Positions 1 through 6,284 of a stretch of DNA of 24,000 nt are shown here, piece by piece. A program made the translations under genes and the position numbers. The DNA is taken from positions 3,916,461-3,940,460 of the forward strand of contig NZ_OX365700.1 in assembly GCF_947241125.1 (NCBI RefSeq). The letters run 5' to 3'. The notes beneath the pieces are model-generated. The model was not told where the DNA came from. It was given only the letters and a program-made list of their open reading frames with translations, and ran no database searches. Each line of letters starts with the position of its first letter. The stretch's first letter is position 1. This DNA comes from Nitrospira tepida. GTDB lineage: Bacteria > Nitrospirota > Nitrospiria > Nitrospirales > Nitrospiraceae.

Positions 1-287
1 GTGATGGCCAGCACTTTGCCGTTCGCGATCTTGCCGCACACACCTTTCGGCAGAAACACATACGAATCAGGCTCGTTGTCTTTCTTGGCCATGCCGACGC
101 AGGAATGGAGGCTGGTCTTGATCGCGCAGTCGTTCATCCCGGCCTTGGCCACGCCGCCGCAGGCCTCCCAACCGTTGGGCAATTCCGGCATCTTGGCCGG
201 CTCGGCCAATGCCTGGGTCCCTGCCAGGCTCAATGCCGCGAGTAACGCGGAGTGCATCATGGCATTCTTCTTCGTATTGGCATTCAT
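1..287 (-). CDS. DUF2282 / BufA1-type bufferin precursor peptide (C-terminus runs off the left window edge)
   Basis: Absent from the ORF track because no stop lies in the window. Manual minus-strand translation from ATG at 287, with AGGAG at 298-294 six nt upstream, gives MNANTKKNAMMHSALLAALSLAGTQALAEPAKMPELPNGWEACGGVAKAGMNDCAIKTSLHSCVGMAKKDNEPDSYVFLPKGVCGKIANGKVLAI... This is a Sec-type signal peptide plus a 4-Cys core (C..AKAG.NDC...C...G.C), as in DUF2282. The plus-strand ORF 1..291 is its antisense shadow. Confidence 0.8.
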   Translation of the reverse strand, partial: MNANTKKNAMMHSALLAALSLAGTQALAEPAKMPELPNGWEACGGVAKAGMNDCAIKTSLHSCVGMAKKDNEPDSYVFLPKGVCGKIANGKVLAI

Positions 288-632
288 GTGAGACTCCTGT
301 GTGAAGGTGAAGGATCTTCGGAATATCGGTCGTGACTGACCGTCGGCGCTTCGGGACGGATTCAAGGTTCGATCATGCGGGCTCCTCCTTTCGCTGGTGC
401 GAGATATGTCGTAGGCTTCTCTGGTCGTGTTCCGGCCATTGGCTAGCGTCGTCGGATCTTACCGTTCCTACGGCCTGGTCGCTGTGAGGCAGCTTACAGT
501 CGCCTCTCGAAGTCCAGCCGTTGTTCCGGCTTCCCGAAAGCACGACGGATCCCGATGGTTCAGCCGTGATCTGGCATGCCTGATTAGGAGGACGCCCAGC
601 CATGGTTTCTTCGGTTTTCTTAAAAGGCCACA

Positions 633-661
633 TTGACACACTCTTGTATTTCTCAGACAAT
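633..661 (+). promoter_or_regulatory. Candidate sigma70-type promoter for the DUF1232 gene
   Basis: TTGACA (633-638), 17-nt spacer, GACAAT (656-661). It lies about 90 nt upstream of the ATG at 750. Confidence 0.35.
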
Positions 662-749
662 CCGGCAGGTTTTGCGCGTTTTGGGAGGGGAATCACTCGG
701 GATAGGCCGCCAGAAGGCGCGGCGTGTTGGCGGCTGACTTAATAGTTAG

Positions 750-1190
750 ATGTCACAGCAGCGCGCCGAGGCCATGCTGGAAAGCTTCAAGACCTGCGTG
801 CATCACCTCAAGCGGGAGACGTACGCCCTGTATTTGGCAGCTCGCCACCCACGCACGCCCTGGTACGCGAAGCTATTCGTTGCGGGCGTTGTCGCGTACG
901 CGTTCAGCCCGATCGACCTGATTCCGGATTTCGTGCCCGTGTTGGGGTATCTCGATGATCTGATCCTGATTCCTCTCGGGATTGTCGTCGCCATAAAGCT
1001 CGTTCCGCCCGAGGTGCTGGCCGAGTGTCACGCACGCGCACAAGAAACTGCGGCGAACGGCAAGCCCGTGAGCCGAGTCGCCGCAGTGGTAATCATTGGC
1101 ATTTGGGTGTTCCTGACGGCACTGTGCGCATTGTGGGCCTATGAGGCATTTGCGGTGGGCCATCATCGCGCAGAGTGGAAACGCCTGTGA
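750..1190 (+). CDS. DUF1232 (YkvA-like) membrane protein
   Basis: 146 aa with the hallmark PIDLIPDFVPVLGYLDDL motif followed by hydrophobic helices. Confidence 0.85.
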   Translation: MSQQRAEAMLESFKTCVHHLKRETYALYLAARHPRTPWYAKLFVAGVVAYAFSPIDLIPDFVPVLGYLDDLILIPLGIVVAIKLVPPEVLAECHARAQETAANGKPVSRVAAVVIIGIWVFLTALCALWAYEAFAVGHHRAEWKRL

Positions 1191-1248
1191 CATCTAACCA
1201 CGGCTTGCAGGCGAGACGCCAGAAGCGGCGCGCGCCTGAAGCCGAACG

Positions 1249-1659
1249 TCAGTCCGATAACTTCTTCATTGAAACGTACTTCCACACATCGACAATGTCG
1301 AACAGCAAGGATGCACCAATACCAAGGGAGAGCATGGTGAGATACGTCTGAAACTCGCCTTCGGCCCGGCGAAGGTGGACGAGGACATACGCCAATAATG
1401 GAATCCAGAACACATGACCCAATCCGAGTATCCGTTCGAACCCGAATTTGGCATACAGGCCCATCATCAGCAGGACCGACAGCAGAAACGTCACAAAGAT
1501 GACCTTCGCCAGCGGTTCGCTCCAGAACGCGAGGCTGGCCATATTCATGATCATCAGCGCGAGGACCCAGATCGGAATCCAGGCTGGCTGTTTCCTGAGG
1601 TCGCTGACAAACAGGAGAGGAATGCGCCACACATTCTGGTTCCATCGGGATTGGCTCAT
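1249..1659 (-). CDS. Small integral membrane protein, about 4 TM helices, function unknown
   Basis: 136 aa with four hydrophobic stretches (AWIPIWVLALMIMNMASLAF, VIFVTFLLSVLLMMGLY, LGLGHVFWIPLLAYVLV, LTMLSLGIGASLLFDIV). I recognise no family signature. Confidence 0.6.
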   Translation of the reverse strand: MSQSRWNQNVWRIPLLFVSDLRKQPAWIPIWVLALMIMNMASLAFWSEPLAKVIFVTFLLSVLLMMGLYAKFGFERILGLGHVFWIPLLAYVLVHLRRAEGEFQTYLTMLSLGIGASLLFDIVDVWKYVSMKKLSD

Positions 1660-1734
1660 ATCTGTTTACTCCGCTGAGAAGGTTTGCCGCGTTCGGAGGC
1701 GCGGCGGCATCCGTCACGAACAATAGCCCGGTAC

Positions 1735-1762
1735 AGTCCCACGCCGGTGCCGGCGTGGGACT
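1735..1762 (-). terminator. GC-rich hairpin downstream of the AhpD-like gene (possible intrinsic terminator)
   Basis: AGTCCCACGCCGG-TG-CCGGCGTGGGACT has perfect 13-bp arms. It starts 34 nt past the stop at 1796. No clean U-tract follows on the minus strand. Confidence 0.45.
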
Positions 1763-1795
1763 CCCTCTTACTCGTTCTTTCCCTCGCAAAGAGGT

Positions 1796-2371
1796 TCAGG
1801 CCGTCAGACAACCGGTGCAACTCTCCTTGGCGCGCCAGGCCTGTGACGCAAACTGCCGATCGAGCGGCGTCTGCGCGATGTGATTCAGATAGTTGCTCAA
1901 GGTCTTGAGCGCGACGATCGTGAGAACATCCAGGAGATGCCGCTCGCGGTATCCCTCTGCGACAAAGCGATCAAGATCATCCTCCGGCACCCAGCCGCGA
2001 TGGCGCATGATGGACAGCACCAACGTTCGGAGTGCATTGAGCTTCCGGTCGGAGAGCGGCCGTTGATCCCGCAGTGCTGCAAGCATGTCCTCGGGCATGC
2101 GGACCATTTGCGCCACCGTGGAGTGGGCGCCCACGCAGTAGGCGCAGTCGTTCGTGGTGCTGACCGTGAGGGCCACCACCTGCTGTTCGACCGGAGAGAG
2201 CGCACTCTGTTCAAGGGCCTTGTTGATCGACGCATAGGCTTGCACTGCCGTCGGGGACTCGGCGAGTACGCCGAACAAGTTGGGAAGAAAGCCGTATTTC
2301 TTCGCGGTGCCTTCGAGCGTTGCGCGCGACGCCTCTGGAGCCGTCTCCTTCGTATGGACCTGAAACTTCAT
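1796..2371 (-). CDS. Carboxymuconolactone decarboxylase / AhpD-like family protein
   Basis: MKFQVHTKETAPEASRATLEG...TNDCAYCVGAHS carries the CxxC-H motif typical of AhpD-like proteins. I chose the start at 2371 (GAAGGAGA RBS at 2385-2378) over the track's upstream ATG at 2422. Confidence 0.8.
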   Translation of the reverse strand: MKFQVHTKETAPEASRATLEGTAKKYGFLPNLFGVLAESPTAVQAYASINKALEQSALSPVEQQVVALTVSTTNDCAYCVGAHSTVAQMVRMPEDMLAALRDQRPLSDRKLNALRTLVLSIMRHRGWVPEDDLDRFVAEGYRERHLLDVLTIVALKTLSNYLNHIAQTPLDRQFASQAWRAKESCTGCLTA

Positions 2372-2423
2372 GGTGATTCTCCTTCTTCGACTGTGTGATC
2401 TTATGTTGTTCGATGAGCTCACG

Positions 2424-2644
2424 TTACCGGCCCTCCACGGCCATGTGCTTCAGCGCCTCGGTTGTGACGGGGGTCCCGCCGACGCCCCAGTCCCTTGAGG
2501 GGACCCCTTCGATGATGACCCAGGTCACGGGCCGCAACCCTTCTCCTTCAACCGACACGATCGCGTCCGTAACCTTGCGAATGAGTTCGGCCTTCTGCTC
2601 CGCGCTGAGATACCCACTGAGCCTTTCAATTGTGCGAGTGGCAT
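2424..2644 (-). pseudogene. 4-oxalocrotonate tautomerase family gene with a 1-nt deletion near codon 4
   Basis: ATG at 2644 (GGGAGGTG RBS) gives MPLAQLKGSVG..., which then runs into nonsense. The other frame, ending at TAA 2426-2424, reads TIERLSGYLSAEQKAELIRKVTDAIVSVEGEGLRPVTWVIIEGVPSRDWGVGGTPVTTEALKHMAVEGR. Joining MPL + x + TIERLSGYLSAEQK reproduces the spacing of the MPxxTxxxxxGxxxAEQK tautomerase N-terminus. The span is 221 nt (3n+2). Confidence 0.75.
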
Positions 2645-2716
2645 GCGCTCACCTCCCTTCTGAATTGAGATAGAAACCTGGTTCTGGGCTGATCGCTCCA
2701 CAACCGGCCGCAACAA

Positions 2717-3382
2717 TCACCTCCAGCCCCCGCGCGCAAAGAAGAGTCCCCGGTGGATGTCACCGATACTGACCATGCCGACGAGCGTGCCGCGATCCAC
2801 GACCGGAATCCGTCGCAAGTTCTTGAGCCCCATATACGACGCGGCCTCAAGGATGGGTGTCTCCGGCGAGACGGTCAGCGGGTTGCGGACCATGATCTCT
2901 TCGGCCTTCTTCGTCAGCACCTCGGGATCGTTCTGCTCCATCTCGAGAAAGTCCCGGCTGCGCACCGCATCATGAATGTAGTCGCCCAGGAGCCTGTCCG
3001 ATATTGCCGTTCGTGACGACGCAAAGGAGGTGCGGTCAGATGCGAGGCCGCAGGCCCGGCAAAACCGCAGGTGTATTCGCTGGAATCGGGACCCATTGCA
3101 ATCCCGGAGCAATGGGTGCCCCGGATTGTTTCGGGCTGAGAACGACGCAGATGGCCGCAGATCGTTCGCCGCAGTAGACAGGTCATGTCGGATAGGCTCC
3201 CAGTTGGGGTACATCGGCAGCATCACGTCGCGCAGAGTGACGACGCCGAGCAATTCGTGATTGGCGTTCACGATCGGAATCGCGCCGCAATGCCAGCACA
3301 ACATTTTGACGACGATGTCCCGCACGTGGTCCGCCGACGTCCCCGTCACCACTCCGGTGGACATCACTTCATGGATTCGCAT
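2717..3382 (-). CDS. CBS-domain pair protein carrying a 70-codon MITE-derived insertion in the inter-CBS linker
   Basis: N-terminal CBS domain: MRIHEVMSTGVVTGTSADHVRDIVVKMLCWHCGAIPIVNANHELLGVVTLRDVM. C-terminal CBS domain: AEEIMVRNPLTVSPETPILEAASYMGLKNLRRIPVVDRGTLVGMVSIGDIHRGLF. I chose the start at 3382 (GGAGG 5 nt upstream). The middle 70 residues are encoded by the repeat element at 2990-3199. Confidence 0.8.
   Translation of the reverse strand: MRIHEVMSTGVVTGTSADHVRDIVVKMLCWHCGAIPIVNANHELLGVVTLRDVMLPMYPNWEPIRHDLSTAANDLRPSASFSARNNPGHPLLRDCNGSRFQRIHLRFCRACGLASDRTSFASSRTAISDRLLGDYIHDAVRSRDFLEMEQNDPEVLTKKAEEIMVRNPLTVSPETPILEAASYMGLKNLRRIPVVDRGTLVGMVSIGDIHRGLFFARGGWR
2986..3203. mobile_element. 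MITE (210 bp, 2990-3199) sharing terminal inverted repeats with the IS at 3639-5252, flanked by CCAG/CCAG
   Basis: The left end GAGCCTGTCCGATATT (2990-3005) matches the reverse complement of the IS right end, GAGCCTGTCCGACATT. The right end ATGTCGGATAGGCTC (3185-3199) matches the reverse complement of the IS left end, AATGTCGGACAAGCTC. Similarity continues inward (GACATGACCTG vs GACATTGACCTG). The 4-bp direct repeat CCAG lies at 2986-2989 and 3200-3203. The element has no coding capacity of its own. Confidence 0.8.
3079..3122. repeat. Palindromic unit copy a (centre of the MITE)
   Basis: Stem ACCCATTGC (3091-3099), loop AATCCCGGA, stem GCAATGGGT (3109-3117). The whole 44-bp block GCTGG..GGGACCCATTGCAATCCCGGAGCAATGGGTGCCCC closely matches the reverse complement of 5571-5612. 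Confidence 0.8.
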
Positions 3383-3497
3383 GGGAGCCTCCATTCTCTC
3401 CGCTAAGCGTGTTCACTCGACGCCGGTCCTGCCGGCGCACCGGTTCGTGCAGGGTCCGGCCTAACCTGTATTATTCATGAACGCTTCTGCTGCTTAA

Positions 3498-3525
3498 GCC
3501 CATTGCAACGGACGAGCAATGGGTC
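3498..3525. repeat. Palindromic unit copy b
   Basis: CCCATTGC (3499-3506), loop AACGGACGA, GCAATGGG (3516-3523). Confidence 0.75.
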
Positions 3526-3543
3526 CAGCGCGTGGCGACTGCC

Positions 3544-3604
3544 GGGTACCCGTTGCCGGGGTACCCATCGCTCCTCTTGCAATGGGTCGATCTGCAACGG
3601 GTGC
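3544..3604. repeat. Nested pair of palindromic units (c-outer enclosing c-inner)
   Basis: Outer arms are ACCCGTTGC (3548-3556) and GCAACGGGT (3594-3602). Inside them, inner arms ACCCATCGC (3563-3571) and GCAATGGGT (3579-3587) have one C/A mismatch and a 7-nt loop. Each left arm is preceded by GGGTACCC. Confidence 0.7.
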
Positions 3605-3634
3605 AACGCGACGAACCGTCATGAGTAATGCAGG

Positions 3635-5256
3635 CTAGGAGCTTGTCCGACATTGACCTGAGCACAGCATGGGCATTCCGGTTAATCCCATCTACGCACA
3701 GCTACAGACGGATTGACCTGGCGACTTTCGACTACCCCTGGGTTTTCCGCTCCGCCTTCCGGCTTCTGCCCAAGGCCCGCAGCCCCTCGCCGGGGCGTTG
3801 GCGACGATGGCGCAGGGCAGTCCAGAGTTTGAGCACATTATGCGTGGTACAGATGAGCGCCCATTCCCCGCGCACCTGCCGCATCCCGCGCAACAAGAAC
3901 TGTCGATAGCCGCGGCCCTGCTTGATCTGGCCGAAGACCGGCTCGACGATCGCTTTGCGCCGGGCGTAGAGTCGTCGTCCGCGTGTGGTCCGGAGGGTGC
4001 GGCGCATCCGATCCGCCACCGACAGGCCCGCTGGCGGTCGGCCCCGGGGCGCGGCGGGTATCGCCTGGCTGTGGCGGTGGCGATCCGGCGGGATGAGTGG
4101 CCGACACCCCAGCGCCGTGAGGGCCGTGACGTTCGCCTCGCTGAAATAGCCCGCATCCATACTCACGGTCCGCGGGACCTGACCGGTCTGGGCCAGTACC
4201 TGGGTCAGCATCGGCTGCGCTTGCTGCTTGTCATTCGCTTCATCGGTGACGTCGGCCGCGACAATGATCTGCGTCCTCGCATCGACGGCCGCTTGGCAGT
4301 TGTACCCTTGGACGACGCTCCCCTTGGCGTTCGACGCCGGCATAATCCGGCTCTCGGGATCCGTGAAGTTGCGCTGCGCCTTCGGATGGGGCACCGGGCT
4401 GGGGGGCTGCGGCGGCCGTCCCCGGCGCGGTCTTTCTGCCTTGCGCCCCTCGTGTGCCGCCTATGTGAGGGCGGCCTCCGCCTGGGCCTCCTGCTCCAGC
4501 ACCGCCTTGGCCGCCCGAATGGTCTCCAGCCGTTGCTCCCGGCGCGCCAGTTCGGCGGGCAGTTCATCACCCCGCCGGTCAGGGCCATACGCCGCATCAT
4601 CCCGCGCATCCGCCGCCTCGGCCTGCGTCAACAGCCGCTGGACTTCCGCCGTGAGCCGCGCCTCTTCCGTCACCATCCGTCCATAGCTCATCGCCTTATG
4701 CTTCGACGCATTCGCCTTGATCTTCGTCCCATCCAGCGCGATATGCCCCAGCTTGACCAAGCCCGCCCGCTGGCAGAGTTTCAGGACCTGCACAAACAGA
4801 TCGGCCAGCGCCGTCAGATGCTGCTTCCGAAAATCACTGAGGGTCCGGAAATCCGGCCGCTGATTCGCCGCCAGCACTCGAAAGGCCACATCCTCCTCCA
4901 ACTTCCGCGCAATCTGCCGCGAGGCCGGAATCCCCACGGCATAGGCATAGAGCAGCACCTTCACCAGCAGCTGCGGGTGATACGGTGCCGTGCCGCGCGT
5001 CACCCCACCATAGGTCGCCAGGATGGGTTGGAGATTCAATTCCTCCACCAGATCAGCCAGGAAGTACGCCAGGTGGTCTTCCGGCAACCAGTCGCGGGGT
5101 GACGGCGGCAACAGCCACAGCTCATCGGGATCATAGGGACGAAAGGTCCGAGTCGTCATCACGCAGCCTCCTCGCTCATCACGATGCTGCATGGCTGATA
5201 CACGAGTCAGAGCCTGCACACAAGTGCGTTGGGGCTAATGTCGGACAGGCTCCTAG
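3635..5256 (-). mobile_element. IS element, IS1182/IS5-superfamily (1614 bp, 3639-5252) with CTAG/CTAG flanking repeats
   Basis: Terminal IRs are GAGCTTGTCCGACATT (3639-3654) and AATGTCGGACAGGCTC (5237-5252), 15 of 16 complementary. CTAG lies at 3635-3638 and 5253-5256. It has one transposase reading frame. The size fits the family. Confidence 0.85.
3732..5159 (-). pseudogene. IS1182-family DDE transposase interrupted by one in-frame TAG (codon 233 of 475)
   Basis: Track ORFs 4461..5219 and 3732..4394 are in the same frame (4461-3732=729). The only break is TAG at 4463-4461: ...EQEAQAEAALT*AAHEGRKAERPRRGRPPQPPSPVPHPKAQRNFTDPESRIM... N-terminal motifs are LPEDHLAYFLADLVEELNL, RQIARKLEEDVAFRVLA and LDGTKIKANASKHKAMSY. 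The C-terminal half (QGYNCQAAVD...DAGYFSE...) is the catalytic DDE part. Start is ATG 5159 with GAGGAGG 7 nt upstream. Confidence 0.85.
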
Positions 5257-5273
5257 CGGGCCCGCTCCGGCGC

Positions 5274-5447
5274 TCAAGCAAGATGGTATTGCGCCCGGCA
5301 CGTTTCACATCGCACCAGCCAGAGACAGCCGTCCGGGTAGTAATCGCATTGGAGCACCGGCACCAATTCATGATTGCCACACATCGGACAGGGCAGTTGG
5401 TGGAGTTGGAGACGAAGTGCGATTTCCGGTTCGTCTTGTAGTGCCAT
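5274..5447 (-). CDS. Small zinc-ribbon protein (57 aa), function unknown
   Basis: MALQDEPEIALRLQLHQLPCPMCGNHELVPVLQCDYYPDGCLWLVRCETCRAQYHLA has a CPxC ... CxxC pair. AGGAGA lies 6 nt upstream of ATG 5447. The IS is inserted 16 nt past its stop. Confidence 0.55.
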   Translation of the reverse strand: MALQDEPEIALRLQLHQLPCPMCGNHELVPVLQCDYYPDGCLWLVRCETCRAQYHLA

Positions 5448-5524
5448 GGGGCGTCTCCTACCTCGGGACATCCTCAATCAGCCGTGGGAAGAGGTGATCG
5501 TTTCGACCATGCTTCCCGCCTTAG

Positions 5525-5815
5525 CCCACATTATTCATGAACGCTTCTACTGCAACCGCCGATACACCGCGGGGCACCCGTTGCTCCCAGATTGCAACGG
5601 GTCCCTGGCCAGCATGCGAAGTCGAAGGTAACGTGCATCTCCGCCGCGAGATAATCGAACGCGGCGGTTCAAGCAAAGCTTGGTATGGCGGGCAGGCTCG
5701 CCCCTCAAGGCCTCAACATACTGTTTCAAGTATGCCTCCGTCCTTCGCAGCTCCGCTTGCCCGTCTCGCCTGGCGTCTTGTCGGTTTCGTCACGAACCGT
5801 CATCAATAATGTGGG
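5525..5815. mobile_element. Second-family MITE, copy X2 (291 bp) flanked by TTAG/TTAG
   Basis: TIRs: CCCACATTATTCATGAACG (5525-5543) versus the reverse complement of the right end, CCCACATTATTGATGACGG (5815-5797). The direct repeat TTAG lies at 5521-5524 and 5816-5819. The right copy contains the stop codon of the gene at 5816-6028. It contains palindromic unit d and a second hairpin, CCGCCGCG-N11-CGCGGCGG (5641-5667). Confidence 0.75.
5571..5608. repeat. Palindromic unit copy d
   Basis: ACCCGTTGC (5576-5584), loop TCCCAGATT, GCAACGGGT (5594-5602). It is inverted relative to copy a and carries a G:C pair where copy a has A:T. Confidence 0.8.
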
Positions 5816-6028
5816 TTAGGCGGCCACGAGCTTTGTCATCAGAGGGCTGGAGGCTGTGAGAGGCTCCGGCGCCTCGGTTGACCGCTTCCTGTTTTTGAGA
5901 ATCGTCGCATCAATGATATTGCCGCAGAGCAGGCAACGATACCCATTCGCGCAGATCTCGCCGTTCGTCTCTTGCAGATCACAAATCTGCTCGCCGACCA
6001 TCAGGCCATCGCATCGTTCGCAGGTCAT
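5816..6028 (-). CDS. Small zinc-ribbon protein (70 aa), function unknown
   Basis: MTCERCDGLMVGEQICDLQETNGEICANGYRCLLCGNIIDATILKNRK... has CxxC ... CxxC. AAGGAGG lies 6 nt upstream of ATG 6028. Confidence 0.65.
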   Translation of the reverse strand: MTCERCDGLMVGEQICDLQETNGEICANGYRCLLCGNIIDATILKNRKRSTEAPEPLTASSPLMTKLVAA

Positions 6029-6284
6029 GACGCGCCTCCTTGTAAGGAAGAGGTTTGTTCGTGTGCTGGCGCGATCCTACCTGTTGATGCGCCATCCATC
6101 TGTAAGGCACCTCACCGGTTGCGAAAGAGAATTGCCGCGTGCGTGTTTGTAAGCGAGACTACAGATGGATTGATGGGAGTCGCGGTAGCGTGCGGAGGTT
6201 CAGGATAGTCGTGCCGCCTCCGGTCAATGAGTGAGGCGGAGGCGCTCTCGTCATTCACCCACTGTTTTTCGAAAGGAGTGCATC

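Larger units (their letters stand above)
3465..3634. mobile_element. Second-family MITE, copy X1 (170 bp)
   Basis: TIRs: CCTGTATTATTCATGAACG (3465-3483) versus the reverse complement of the right end, CCTGCATTACTCATGACGG. Flanks are CTAA (3461-3464) and CTAG (3635-3638). It shares ATTATTCATGAACGCTTCT(G/A)CTGC and ACGAACCGTCAT with copy X2. It contains palindromic units b and c. Confidence 0.7.

Noticed and set aside
373-696. 107-aa minus-strand ORF in the bufA upstream region
   Set aside because: It has no RBS, only moderate third-position GC bias and no motifs, and it overlaps a comparable plus-strand ORF. It is kept only as part of the unexplained leader region.
4461-4463. The amber codon in the transposase as pyrrolysine or programmed read-through
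   Set aside because: Nothing in the window supports Pyl machinery or a read-through context. A nonsense mutation or sequencing error is the default reading.
3798-5102. 434-aa plus-strand ORF, the longest ORF on that strand in the region
   Set aside because: It is antisense to the transposase. The product is Arg/Pro/Leu/Gly-rich low-complexity sequence with no motifs, the typical shadow ORF of GC-rich coding DNA.
3079-5608. The recurring palindromic repeats could be a CRISPR array
   Set aside because: The copies are irregularly spaced (about 400, 50 and 2000 bp apart), occur in both orientations, differ in sequence, and are embedded in MITEs. No cas genes and no uniform spacers are present.
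6158-6178. Similarity of ACTACAGATGGATTGATGG to the IS subterminal sequence GCTACAGACGGATTGACCT (about 3688-3706), suggesting another MITE remnant
   Set aside because: Only about 14 of 15 core positions match, and no IS-type terminal repeat (GAGCYTGTCCGA) lies nearby. Matches of this size are expected by chance among all pairs in 24 kb.
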